A DNA stretch of 64,000 nucleotides from an uncultured Actinomycetota bacterium (GTDB lineage: Bacteria; Actinomycetota; Actinomycetes; JAFAQI01): positions 320,001-384,000 of the forward strand of contig CAVYQE010000002.1 of assembly GCA_963770565.1 (NCBI GenBank), read 5' to 3'. Both the position numbers and the translations under genes were made by a program. Below the pieces are notes generated by a model. The model ran no database searches, had not been told where the DNA came from, and saw only the letters and a program-made list of their open reading frames with translations. Each line of letters opens with the position of its first letter. The stretch's first letter is position 1. Of this stretch, positions 27,450-35,989 are shown piece after piece.

Positions 27450-30400
27450 ATGAGCGACGAGCCGGGTCGGATCATCGAGACCGGGCGGCGCACGACCTTC
27501 CGCGATGTCCTCGGGATCCATGAGTTCCGCGCGCTGTATCTCGCCCAGACCCTGAGCGTCGCCGGCGACCAAGTGGCCCGCATTGCAGTCGCGTCGATCG
27601 TGTTCCAGCGCACCCACTCCGCGCTGCTCACCGGCATCAGCTATGCGGTCACCTACCTCCCGTGGCTGATCGGCGGCCCGCTCGGATCGGTGTTCGCCGA
27701 CCGCCATCCGCGCCGGCACGTGATGATCGTCTGCGACACCCTGCGGATCCTGCTGGTGCTGCTGGTCGCGATCCCGGGGATGCCGACCGCACTCCTGCTG
27801 GTGCTGGTCACCATGGTGGCCTTCCTCGAGCCACCGTTCTCAGCGGCTCGGGCCGCCATGGTTCCGGACATCGTTGGCGAGGGCGACGCTTACGTCGCGG
27901 CGGCGACGCTGGGCAACTCGACGAACCAGCTCGCGGTCGTGGTCGGCTTCGCGGTCGGTGGTGCTCTGGTCGCACTCGTCGGCGCCCATGGCGCGCTGGT
28001 GGTCGACGCAGTGACCTTCGCGCTGTCCGCGCTGGTCGCCACCCGGTACGTCAGCCACCGCCCGGCAGCGATGGTCGAGCGCAGCCGCTGGCGCACCGAG
28101 ATCAGCGATGGCGCTCGCGTCGTCTTCCGCGACGCCAAGCTGCGCTGGCTCGTCGTCACGTCCTGGATCGTGGTCGGCACGGTCGTCGTCACCGAGGCGG
28201 TCGCCGTACCGTACGCGCGCTCTAGCGGCCACGGGGCCCTGGCGGCTGGCTTCCTCAGCGCCGCCGCCCCGCTCGGCATCGTCGTGGGCGCGTTGATCAT
28301 GGGCCGGGTCATGCGGCCCGAGACCGCCGAGCGGCTGATGCTGCCCACCGCACTGCTGGCGCCGGCGATTCTTGCCTTGACCGCGCTCAACTTGTCGCTG
28401 CCCGCCACCGGGGCGCTCTGGTGCGTCGCGGGCGCGATGAGCGCGATGACGGTGGTCGCAAACCGGGTCTTCGTGGTCTCGGTCCGGCACGAGCTGCGCG
28501 GCCGGGCGTTCGGAATCGCCGCGGCCGGCATCTCCGGCGCGCAGGGCATCGGCACGCTGATGGCCGGCCTGCTCACCTCGCACGTGGGCGTCACGCACGC
28601 CGTCGCGGACGTCGCACTGCCCGCTTTCGCCCTCATCGTCGTCTTCTCGGTCGGTTCTGCGTCCTTCAGGCAGCGTCAGCTTGGGTCGATATCGGATGTA
28701 TCGCCCCCGGAGGACGAGGACTTTGCCATGCCGGCACTGAAGCGCCGATCCGAGCTACGGGTCTGGACGCTCAACGCCGTGCTCGCAATCGTTGCCTTCG
28801 CAACCGCGCCACTGCTGCGGCACGACCACGCGTACGCCGGCCTGAACCTGCCCGCCTGGTGGGTGCTCTGCCTGTTCGTGCTGGGATTCGCCTTCCCGCT
28901 GCGGTTCGAATACCGCCAGCAGTCCTGGAACATCTACCTCGAGACCGTGCCGTTCGTGCTCGGTCTGCTGTTCCTCCCGCCGCTGATCCTGCTCGCCCTC
29001 CGGACCGGCGCCGTGGTCATCACCTATGCCATCCTCCGGCGGCAACCGGTGATCCGCAGCGCGTTCAACACCACCAGCGCGGCCTGCCACACCCTGGCCG
29101 GGATTTGGATGCTTCGACTGCTGGCACCCGATCACGCCGCTGCTCATCCATCGGTCTGGCCGGCCGTGTTCGCCGCGGTCATCTTCAGCGAGCTGGTATC
29201 CGGTTCCCTGGTCGCCCTGGTGATCTCCACCACGGACACGTCATGGCAGCTCAGGCAGAGCGTCCGGACCGCCATGATCGGCACCGGCGTGGCCACCGCG
29301 ATGGCCTTCCTCGGCCTGGCGATGGCGGCTGCGATCGACTACGACCAGGCGACCGCCTGGGCGATCACGGTCTTCGTGGTGCTCTCGATCGCCGGGCTGC
29401 AGACCTACCAGCGCCTGTCCGAGCGGGCCAACGCACTCGACCGGCTCTACGTGGTGGCCCGCGAGCTGAGCCCGACCGCGACCGGGCCGGCGGACCTGGC
29501 GCCGGCCCTCACCCAGCTACGCCGGATCATCAAGGCCGACTCGCTCGAGCTCGCGGCACCGTCCGGCAACGACGGCGAGTTCGCCACGGTCGTGAGCGTC
29601 TTCGACGACCCGACCAAGGGCGAGGGCACCAGCGTCTCCGAGCGACCGATCGGTGAAGGCTTCGACGCCATGTCGAGCGCCAACGCACCGAGCTCGCACT
29701 GGGCCTGGATCCCGCGACTCGGCCAGCGCCGGGCCACCCACATGCTGTCCACCCCGGTCAAGACCGGCGAACGCGTGCTCGGGCAGCTGACCGTCACGAA
29801 CCGGCCGGGTGAGTCCCAGGCCTTCGAGCGGGCCGACCTGCGGCTGTTGGAAGCGGCCGCCGACCAGATCGCCGCCGCGCTCGAGAAGGGCCGCCTGGTC
29901 GAGAGCCTGCGCCGGGCCGCGACGCTGGACAAGCTGACCGGCCTGGCCAACCTCGAGAGCCTGCGGTCCTTCCTTGACACCACCCTCGACGGCTCGGCCG
30001 GCGGCGTACTCGTCCTGCTCAACATCGACCGCTTCCACGAGGTCAACGACATGCTCGGCCACGACGCCGGCGACAGCGTGCTGGCCGAGGTCGCGCGCCG
30101 GCTCGAGAGCTCGCCCACACACGGCGCCCTCGTCGCGCGAGTCGGCGGCGACCAGTTCGCCCTGGCGATTCCTGGCGCTGCCGGCAGCGAAGTCGCCCGG
30201 CTGGCGGCGATGGCGGTCAAGTCCCGGGTGGACGGCTCGATCCGGTTCGCCGACGTCAGCGCCGACGTGCGGGTCACGATCGGCATCGCGCGCGCGCCCG
30301 ACCACGGCAGCGACGCCGCAACCCTGCTCCGGCGGGCCGAGATGGCGATGACCGCCGCCAAGGGCGGTACGTCGGGCATCGGCGAGTGGGAGCCGGACTA

Positions 30401-31205
30401 CGAGCGCGACGGCAGCCGGCGGCTCCAGTTGCTCGCCGGGCTTCGCACTGCCCTCGGCGACGGCGCGCTACGGGTCGCCTACCAGCCGAAGCTCCGACTG
30501 GGCAGCGGCGAGGTGACCGGCTTCGAGGCGCTCGTGCGGTGGAACCACCCGGAGCTCGGCCCGATCTCGCCGGCCGAGTTCGTCCCGCTCGCCGAAGCGA
30601 CCGGTCTGATCTCGGCACTGACCAGCACGGTGCTGCGGTCGGCGCTGACCACCTGCCGGTCCTGGCACGACGCCGGCAAGCCGGTGGGGATCGCGGTCAA
30701 CATCTCGGCCCGCAGTCTCGACGACTCGGTGCTGGTCGGACAGGTCGCGGCCATGCTGACCGCCAGCGGCCTCGAGCCCCGCTGGCTGACCTTGGAGATC
30801 ACCGAGAGCAGCGTCATGGAAGACCAGTCCCGCAGCGTCGACGTCCTGCGCGAGCTGCGGATGCTCGGCGTCCGGCTCTCGATCGACGACTTCGGCACCG
30901 GCTACTCCTCGCTGCACCAGCTGCGCGGGCTGCCGGTACACGAGGTGAAGATCGACCGAACCTTCGTCGAGACGGTCGACTCGGACGAAGCCGATCGCGC
31001 CGTGGTGCGGGCGGTGGTCGAGCTGTGTGACTCACTCGGCCTGGTCACGGTGGCCGAAGGCGTGGAGAAGGCCGCGCAGGCCTACGCGCTCGAGACCCTC
31101 GGAGTCGCGCAGGTGCAGGGCTACTTCCACGGTCGCCCGATGACCGAGGCGGCGGCGATGGAGTGGCTGCTGCCGCGCCGGGTCGCGTCGTTCGCGACCT
31201 TCTAG
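27450..31205 (+). CDS. MFS transporter fused to membrane sensor-GAF-GGDEF(degenerate)-EAL protein
   Basis: aa 1-~410 MFS (FRALYLAQTLS, FADRHPRR, ELRGRAFG); second TM block; GAF-like FERADLRLL; GGDQF at 30144; EAL at 30525 with EITES, DDFGTGYSS, AEGVE, QGY. Confidence 0.88.
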   Translation: MSDEPGRIIETGRRTTFRDVLGIHEFRALYLAQTLSVAGDQVARIAVASIVFQRTHSALLTGISYAVTYLPWLIGGPLGSVFADRHPRRHVMIVCDTLRILLVLLVAIPGMPTALLLVLVTMVAFLEPPFSAARAAMVPDIVGEGDAYVAAATLGNSTNQLAVVVGFAVGGALVALVGAHGALVVDAVTFALSALVATRYVSHRPAAMVERSRWRTEISDGARVVFRDAKLRWLVVTSWIVVGTVVVTEAVAVPYARSSGHGALAAGFLSAAAPLGIVVGALIMGRVMRPETAERLMLPTALLAPAILALTALNLSLPATGALWCVAGAMSAMTVVANRVFVVSVRHELRGRAFGIAAAGISGAQGIGTLMAGLLTSHVGVTHAVADVALPAFALIVVFSVGSASFRQRQLGSISDVSPPEDEDFAMPALKRRSELRVWTLNAVLAIVAFATAPLLRHDHAYAGLNLPAWWVLCLFVLGFAFPLRFEYRQQSWNIYLETVPFVLGLLFLPPLILLALRTGAVVITYAILRRQPVIRSAFNTTSAACHTLAGIWMLRLLAPDHAAAHPSVWPAVFAAVIFSELVSGSLVALVISTTDTSWQLRQSVRTAMIGTGVATAMAFLGLAMAAAIDYDQATAWAITVFVVLSIAGLQTYQRLSERANALDRLYVVARELSPTATGPADLAPALTQLRRIIKADSLELAAPSGNDGEFATVVSVFDDPTKGEGTSVSERPIGEGFDAMSSANAPSSHWAWIPRLGQRRATHMLSTPVKTGERVLGQLTVTNRPGESQAFERADLRLLEAAADQIAAALEKGRLVESLRRAATLDKLTGLANLESLRSFLDTTLDGSAGGVLVLLNIDRFHEVNDMLGHDAGDSVLAEVARRLESSPTHGALVARVGGDQFALAIPGAAGSEVARLAAMAVKSRVDGSIRFADVSADVRVTIGIARAPDHGSDAATLLRRAEMAMTAAKGGTSGIGEWEPDYERDGSRRLQLLAGLRTALGDGALRVAYQPKLRLGSGEVTGFEALVRWNHPELGPISPAEFVPLAEATGLISALTSTVLRSALTTCRSWHDAGKPVGIAVNISARSLDDSVLVGQVAAMLTASGLEPRWLTLEITESSVMEDQSRSVDVLRELRMLGVRLSIDDFGTGYSSLHQLRGLPVHEVKIDRTFVETVDSDEADRAVVRAVVELCDSLGLVTVAEGVEKAAQAYALETLGVAQVQGYFHGRPMTEAAAMEWLLPRRVASFATF

Positions 31206-31314
31206 ATCTACCAGCGACTTGACTGAGGATGTTGACCGGTCCTGGCCTGCGCGCGGGCTGGTGGCGGCGCACCCAGCTCGACGATCTCGGCGAATCGACC
31301 GGGCCGGAAAATAG

Positions 31315-31360
31315 CGATGGGTTACGACCCGGCGCTGCAGCACCAACTCGTAACCCATCG
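31315..31360 (-). terminator. Long hairpin (terminator or 3' stabiliser) between convergent transcripts
   Basis: Perfect 13-bp inverted repeat CGATGGGTTACGA/TCGTAACCCATCG; inner 7 bp pair fully only on the minus strand through three G-U pairs. Confidence 0.7.
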
Positions 31361-31424
31361 AACCGACCTGTCGTCACAATGGAGGACACGTCGTATCTGG
31401 TTTTAGCTTAGGAGAGCTCTCGGC

Positions 31425-31451
31425 TCAGCCCCAGCCCTGCGCGTTCTGCAC
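31425..31451 (-). CDS. Candidate micropeptide MQNAQGWG (or MTVQNAQGWG from ATG 31457)
   Basis: Minus strand GCGGAGGTGATGACA-GTG CAG AAC GCG CAG GGC TGG GGC TGA; 9-nt SD GGAGGTGAT, GGAGG 8 nt before GTG; all sense codons end in G/C. Confidence 0.55.
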   Translation of the reverse strand: MQNAQGWG

Positions 31452-31719
31452 TGTCATCACCTCCGCCTCACTGGTTCGCTTGTCTTCGCGGTCCAGTGTG
31501 CGCCAGATGGAGCAGTCCCGGTAGGCCAGATGGCGGAATATCTTCGCACCAAATTCGGACATTCGGCTACAGCAGTCCACTAAACGGTCGTTCAATCCGC
31601 GGCAAACGGCTCAAGGTCACTACGCCATCTGCCGAATACCCGTTCGGCCGAGTGGTCTAACCATCGATCGGCCGGATGCAGCAGTCGGCCGACCGACCGA
31701 CCCGAACCCGTGAACTTGC

Positions 31720-32502
31720 CTAGCTGAGGTAACTCACGGCCCGCGCGAACACGGCGTCGAGCATTGGCTCGGTCAGCTTGCCGGTGAAGGTGTTCTGCTG
31801 GCTCGGGTGGTACGAGCCGATCAGCAACAGGTCCCGGTCCGTGCGTACCTGTGCGAGGTGCCCGAACCGCACGCGTGGCGACGGCAGGCCATGTCCGAGC
31901 TCGGCAAGCACCGGCCACAGCGCGTTCCAGGCGAACCCGCCGAGCGCGACGATCGCCTGCAGTGTCGGCGCGAGCAGTGAGAGCTCGCGCACCAGCCACG
32001 GCCGGCAGGTCACCCGCTCGGTCGGCGTCGGCAAGTTCTGCGGCGGCGCGCAGCGGACCACCGCAAGCATCCGTACGTCGAGCAGCTCCTGGCCGTCACC
32101 GGCCGCCACGGAGGTCGGCAGCCGCGCCAGTCCCATTCGGTGCAGGGAAGCGAACAGCCAGTCCCCGCTGCGGTCACCGGTGAACACCCGCCCGGTCCGG
32201 TTGCCACCATGCGCGGCCGGCGCAAGGCCGACCACCGCGATCCGCGCATCGGCCGGCCCCCAGCCGGTGATCGGCCGGCCCCAGTACGCCTCGCCGGAGA
32301 ACGACGCACGCTTGGTCTCGGCAACCTGCTCTCGCCAGGCGACCAGCCGCGGGCAGGCTCGGCAGACCGAAATCACCGCGTCGAGCCCGTCGAGCGACCC
32401 AGCCGCCCCAGCGAGGTCGACAACGTCGGCCGGGGTTTGCGCGACCGGCGTCCGCAGGTCGGCATGATCGCCGGGCCAACCCGATCCCGGCGCGACGACC
32501 AC
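31720..32502 (-). CDS. udgB: Uracil-DNA glycosylase family 5
   Basis: CRACPRL, GLAPAAHGGNRTGRVFTGD, YHPSQQNT. Confidence 0.92.
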   Translation of the reverse strand: MVVAPGSGWPGDHADLRTPVAQTPADVVDLAGAAGSLDGLDAVISVCRACPRLVAWREQVAETKRASFSGEAYWGRPITGWGPADARIAVVGLAPAAHGGNRTGRVFTGDRSGDWLFASLHRMGLARLPTSVAAGDGQELLDVRMLAVVRCAPPQNLPTPTERVTCRPWLVRELSLLAPTLQAIVALGGFAWNALWPVLAELGHGLPSPRVRFGHLAQVRTDRDLLLIGSYHPSQQNTFTGKLTEPMLDAVFARAVSYLS

Positions 32503-32530
32503 CCGGCCATCCCACCATCACGCCAGGTGG

Positions 32531-32932
32531 TTAACGCGCTCGCACCTTGTTGTTACGGGCTTCATGCGTGAGCTCGGCCAGGCCGAGCGCCTCGAGCAAC
32601 GGCGGCACGTACATCCCGAAGCGGCCGCGGTAACCCTTGCGCAGGCCGTACCAGCCACCGACCGGATTGGACTCCGACCGGCCCCAGGCCTCGACCGTTC
32701 CGTCCGCCGCGGGCTTGTTCTCATCGGCCGCGCCGAGGTCGACCCAGTCGCCTTGGGCTTTCAACCAGGCATGCAGGTCCTCGATACACCGCGCCTGGTA
32801 GCTCAGCTTGGTCGAGCCGACCTGGCAGATCAGCGCCGGCGGGTCGGCCGCGTCGTCGCGATACATCGTGTACTGAGAACTTCCTGGGGCTGTCGTCAGC
32901 ACCCAGGGGTCGTCCTTGGTCCCGTCGCCCAC
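32531..32932 (-). CDS. Conserved hypothetical protein (DUF6855-like)
   Basis: GTKDDPW...NPVGGWYGLRKGYRGRFG; family assignment from recall. Confidence 0.65.
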   Translation of the reverse strand: MGDGTKDDPWVLTTAPGSSQYTMYRDDAADPPALICQVGSTKLSYQARCIEDLHAWLKAQGDWVDLGAADENKPAADGTVEAWGRSESNPVGGWYGLRKGYRGRFGMYVPPLLEALGLAELTHEARNNKVRAR

Positions 32933-33009
32933 CCTTGCTCACCCCTTCGGCCGGACTCCGGCAAGGCTCCCATGTCGTTGCCGGGGTGTCGCGGGCGGAT
33001 GATGACGCG

Positions 33010-33720
33010 ATGAGCGACCGCGCCGCCGCGACCGCGGGACCGTGGCCCGCCTTGCTCGACGACCCGGCGCACGGCCCGCTGCCCGCCGCCTTGCTGATCC
33101 TCACGGTCGTCACTGGGCTGGTCGACGCCGTGAGCATCCTCGACCTGGGCCGGGTCTTCGTCGCCAACATGACCGGCAACGTCGTGTTCGTGGGATTCGC
33201 GCTGGCCGGCGCGCCTGGCTTCTCCCTTGCGGCGTCGCTGTCTGCCCTCGGCGGCTTCCTCGTGGGGGCCGCCGCGGCCGGCCGGCTGGTCGCTCAGCTG
33301 AAGGACAACCGGCCGGCCCTGATCCGGGCCGGACTCCTGGCCGAGTTCGCCCTGGCGGTCGTCGCCTTGACGATCTCCGTCGCCGAAGGGCGCCACCTCG
33401 CGGAAATGGCCCGGGATCTGATCGCCGCCGACCTCGCCATTGCGATGGGTTTGCAGAACGCGGTCGTCCGCGAGCTCAAGGTGCCGGACCTGACGACCAC
33501 GGTCCTCACGATGACCCTGACCGGGATTGCGGCCGAGATTCGGACCGCAGGGTCGAGCGTCGCGATCCGGCGGATTCTTGCGGTGCTCTGCATGCTCGGC
33601 GGCGCCGCGCTCGGCGCCGTACTGGTGATCCACGCCGAACCTGCCTGGGCACTTGCGGCAGCGACCGGGCTGATGGCGGCGGCACTGCTGCTGCTCGCCG
33701 TACGACGCGACTGGGCCTGA
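33010..33720 (+). CDS. YoaK/DUF1275 membrane protein
   Basis: TGLVDA, FVANMTGN, MGLQNA, TTVLTMTL. Confidence 0.9.
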   Translation: MSDRAAATAGPWPALLDDPAHGPLPAALLILTVVTGLVDAVSILDLGRVFVANMTGNVVFVGFALAGAPGFSLAASLSALGGFLVGAAAAGRLVAQLKDNRPALIRAGLLAEFALAVVALTISVAEGRHLAEMARDLIAADLAIAMGLQNAVVRELKVPDLTTTVLTMTLTGIAAEIRTAGSSVAIRRILAVLCMLGGAALGAVLVIHAEPAWALAAATGLMAAALLLLAVRRDWA

Positions 33721-33727
33721 GCAGCGG

Positions 33728-34072
33728 TCAGCCGTCGAGCCAGTGCAGGGTCGCGACCAGGCCACCGACCACCTCGACCGGGGCGGTCGGACCAATCGGA
33801 TCGGCGTCCTTGATCCTGATCTCGTAGCTGCCTTCATGCAGCGCGGAGAACACCGCCGCCCACACCGAGCCGCTCTGCAGTACCCGCTCCAGCACGGCCA
33901 CATGGGTGCCCGTCCACGGGTCACCGACCGCGCGGATCTCGATCTCCTCACCGGCCAGCGAGGCGGGCAGGTAGATCACCGCCGCGCCCACCTCGCCGCC
34001 GATGTCGAGGACCACCGTGCCGACGCCACTCGGCTCGGGCCGGGTCTCCACCGCGGCCACCGTCGCCGTCAT
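33728..34072 (-). CDS. Small Ig-like hypothetical protein associated with DUF4331
   Basis: VVLDIGGEVGAAVIY, THVAVLER; ATGA overlap with DUF4331 stop. Confidence 0.72.
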   Translation of the reverse strand: MTATVAAVETRPEPSGVGTVVLDIGGEVGAAVIYLPASLAGEEIEIRAVGDPWTGTHVAVLERVLQSGSVWAAVFSALHEGSYEIRIKDADPIGPTAPVEVVGGLVATLHWLDG

Positions 34073-35583
34073 CCGGTGCTCCCGGTCTGCGTCGCAGACG
34101 GGGTCGCGAAGCCGCTGTACGGCGTACCGAGGTAGGGGAATGCGGACAGGTAGTTCTCCGTGCCCATCGCTGAGTTGTCGGTTCCACTCGAGGTGAGGCC
34201 GAAGCTGACCGCACCGGCCGCGCCATCAGCGGTGTAGGCCCCGTCCACCAGGGGGATCGTCGCGCCGGCGATCGCGCGCAGCTCGATCGTCGCCACGTCG
34301 TCGAACACCCGACGGCCGTTCGGGAAGCCGGCCGGGTCGCCGCCGAGATAACCGAGGTTGTTGGCGCTGCCGGGATCGGTCGGCGGCTGCGCGACGTTGA
34401 GCCGCAGCTGATCGGCCAACGCAGTGCCGCCGACGTTGGTCGGCGGCGCACCGAGACCGGAGGTCACACTGTTCGGGATGCCGGACAGCAGGATCGCGAC
34501 CAGGTCGGGCCGCGCCGCGTTCGACTTGCTCGTCCCGTGGTGCGCCGCGTTGTAGGCCGCCAGGTTCGGGAAGACACCGGGGTAGAGCGACGGCAGCAGC
34601 TCGGCGAGCAACGGGTTGGCGAAGTACTTGAAGAACTCCGAGCCGTCGGAGGTGGGGGCAAGGTGGTTCCAGTAGTCCTTGTCCTCGATCGCGATGATCA
34701 CCTCGTTGACCAGCGGGTTACCCAGGCGCGAGACCTGGACGTGCGGGCCGGCTTCGACGTTCTCGCCGCGCCTGGCATCGTTGACGGTCACCTTGCGGCG
34801 GCTCGCGGTGGTCCAGATCCCGATCACCGCGTTCGACGCCGTCGTCGATGTCGGCGTCTTGCCGCCCGACACCAGCTCCTTGATCGGGACCTGCAACGCC
34901 AGCGAGTGGACATTGACGTTCGCGGTCGAGTTGACGCCGGGCATGTTTGCCAGCGCACTGCCGACGTGGGCATGTGCGAACGGCCGCAGGTCACCGAGGT
35001 CGAAGACGGCGCCGAGGTCGACGTAGAAGCCTTCCGCCCGCTGGCCGGCAAACACCGTTCCATGGTGGCCGTGTGCGTTGAACTTCTGGATCGCCGACGT
35101 GCCGCTGCTGGGCAGGTACGACGCGGCGTAGTCGGGCGTCGAAAGCGGTCCGACGTTGCACGGTGGGACGAGCAGGTCCGTGCCGAGCACCTTGAACGTC
35201 GCCGGGCCGTTCTTCGGGTAGTCGACGCGGGTCAGCGTGAAGGTCTGCTGACGGTTCCAGTTCGTGCCCGCAGTCCCGGGCGCCGACAGCGTGATCGGCC
35301 CGTCGTTGTAGAGGAATGACGACGGGATGTTGTTCACCGTCTTGAACTGGAAGTGATACGCCAGGTTGACCTTGCCGTCGCCGTCGTTGTCGACATTGAT
35401 GGCGTAGAGCACGTCGTCGGCGAACTCGTAGAAGTTCGGCCCGCCGTCGGGCCGCTGCGACGGAATGTAGTTGGCGATCAGGGTGACCGTCGACGGCTTG
35501 TCCGGGCTGACGAACGCGTACAGGTCGGTGCTGTCGGCGGTCGGGTCCTTCGAGATCTGCGGAGCTTCACGGTGCGACGACAT
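34069..35583 (-). CDS. DUF4331 family protein, no signal peptide
   Basis: MSSHREAP, DSTDLYAF, QVSRLGNPLVNE, GFPNGRR, FPYLGTP. Confidence 0.9.
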   Translation of the reverse strand: MSSHREAPQISKDPTADSTDLYAFVSPDKPSTVTLIANYIPSQRPDGGPNFYEFADDVLYAINVDNDGDGKVNLAYHFQFKTVNNIPSSFLYNDGPITLSAPGTAGTNWNRQQTFTLTRVDYPKNGPATFKVLGTDLLVPPCNVGPLSTPDYAASYLPSSGTSAIQKFNAHGHHGTVFAGQRAEGFYVDLGAVFDLGDLRPFAHAHVGSALANMPGVNSTANVNVHSLALQVPIKELVSGGKTPTSTTASNAVIGIWTTASRRKVTVNDARRGENVEAGPHVQVSRLGNPLVNEVIIAIEDKDYWNHLAPTSDGSEFFKYFANPLLAELLPSLYPGVFPNLAAYNAAHHGTSKSNAARPDLVAILLSGIPNSVTSGLGAPPTNVGGTALADQLRLNVAQPPTDPGSANNLGYLGGDPAGFPNGRRVFDDVATIELRAIAGATIPLVDGAYTADGAAGAVSFGLTSSGTDNSAMGTENYLSAFPYLGTPYSGFATPSATQTGSTG

Positions 35584-35642
35584 TGCTCACCTCGGGCAGT
35601 TGTGCGGGTGGAATCCGCGGGGCAGGGAGATACGACGGTTGA

Positions 35643-35945
35643 TCACTTGGCAGCGTTGAAGAGTCGGGCAGCGAGACCCTTGTCGAGAATGCTGATCTCG
35701 CGGGTTCCGGAGTAGAGGCTCATCTCGCCGGTCTGAAGGTTCTTGACCTGCGCGACAAGTGGCTCGGCAAGCGTCGTTCCCGCGCCGATCTCGGACTCGG
35801 CGGCGGGCGCCTCGGTCTCCGCAGTAGTGACGACCGCGGGTAGCGCCGGCATGGCGCTCACGACGCCCGCCGCCACCACGGTCAGCGAGCCTCTGGTCAG
35901 GAAGAATCGGCGACTGAGCCCTGAGCGCTCCTTCGGCTCGGTCAC
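35643..35945 (-). CDS. Small Tat-signal protein
   Basis: SRRFFL twin-arginine motif plus hydrophobic helix; start uncertain (GTG 35945 or ATG 35987). Confidence 0.72.
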   Translation of the reverse strand: MTEPKERSGLSRRFFLTRGSLTVVAAGVVSAMPALPAVVTTAETEAPAAESEIGAGTTLAEPLVAQVKNLQTGEMSLYSGTREISILDKGLAARLFNAAK

Positions 35946-35989
35946 GGCACTGTCCGGGCCGGCGGTACGACGCGCTATCCCGCGCATGA

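Noticed and set aside
31229-31411. 60-aa plus-strand ORF and overlapping minus ORFs 31032-31389
   Set aside because: No convincing RBS, weak codon bias, and they run through the hairpin
31425-31562. 45-aa extension of the micropeptide from ATG 31562
   Set aside because: No RBS at that ATG and atypical codons; the strong SD lies just before GTG 31451
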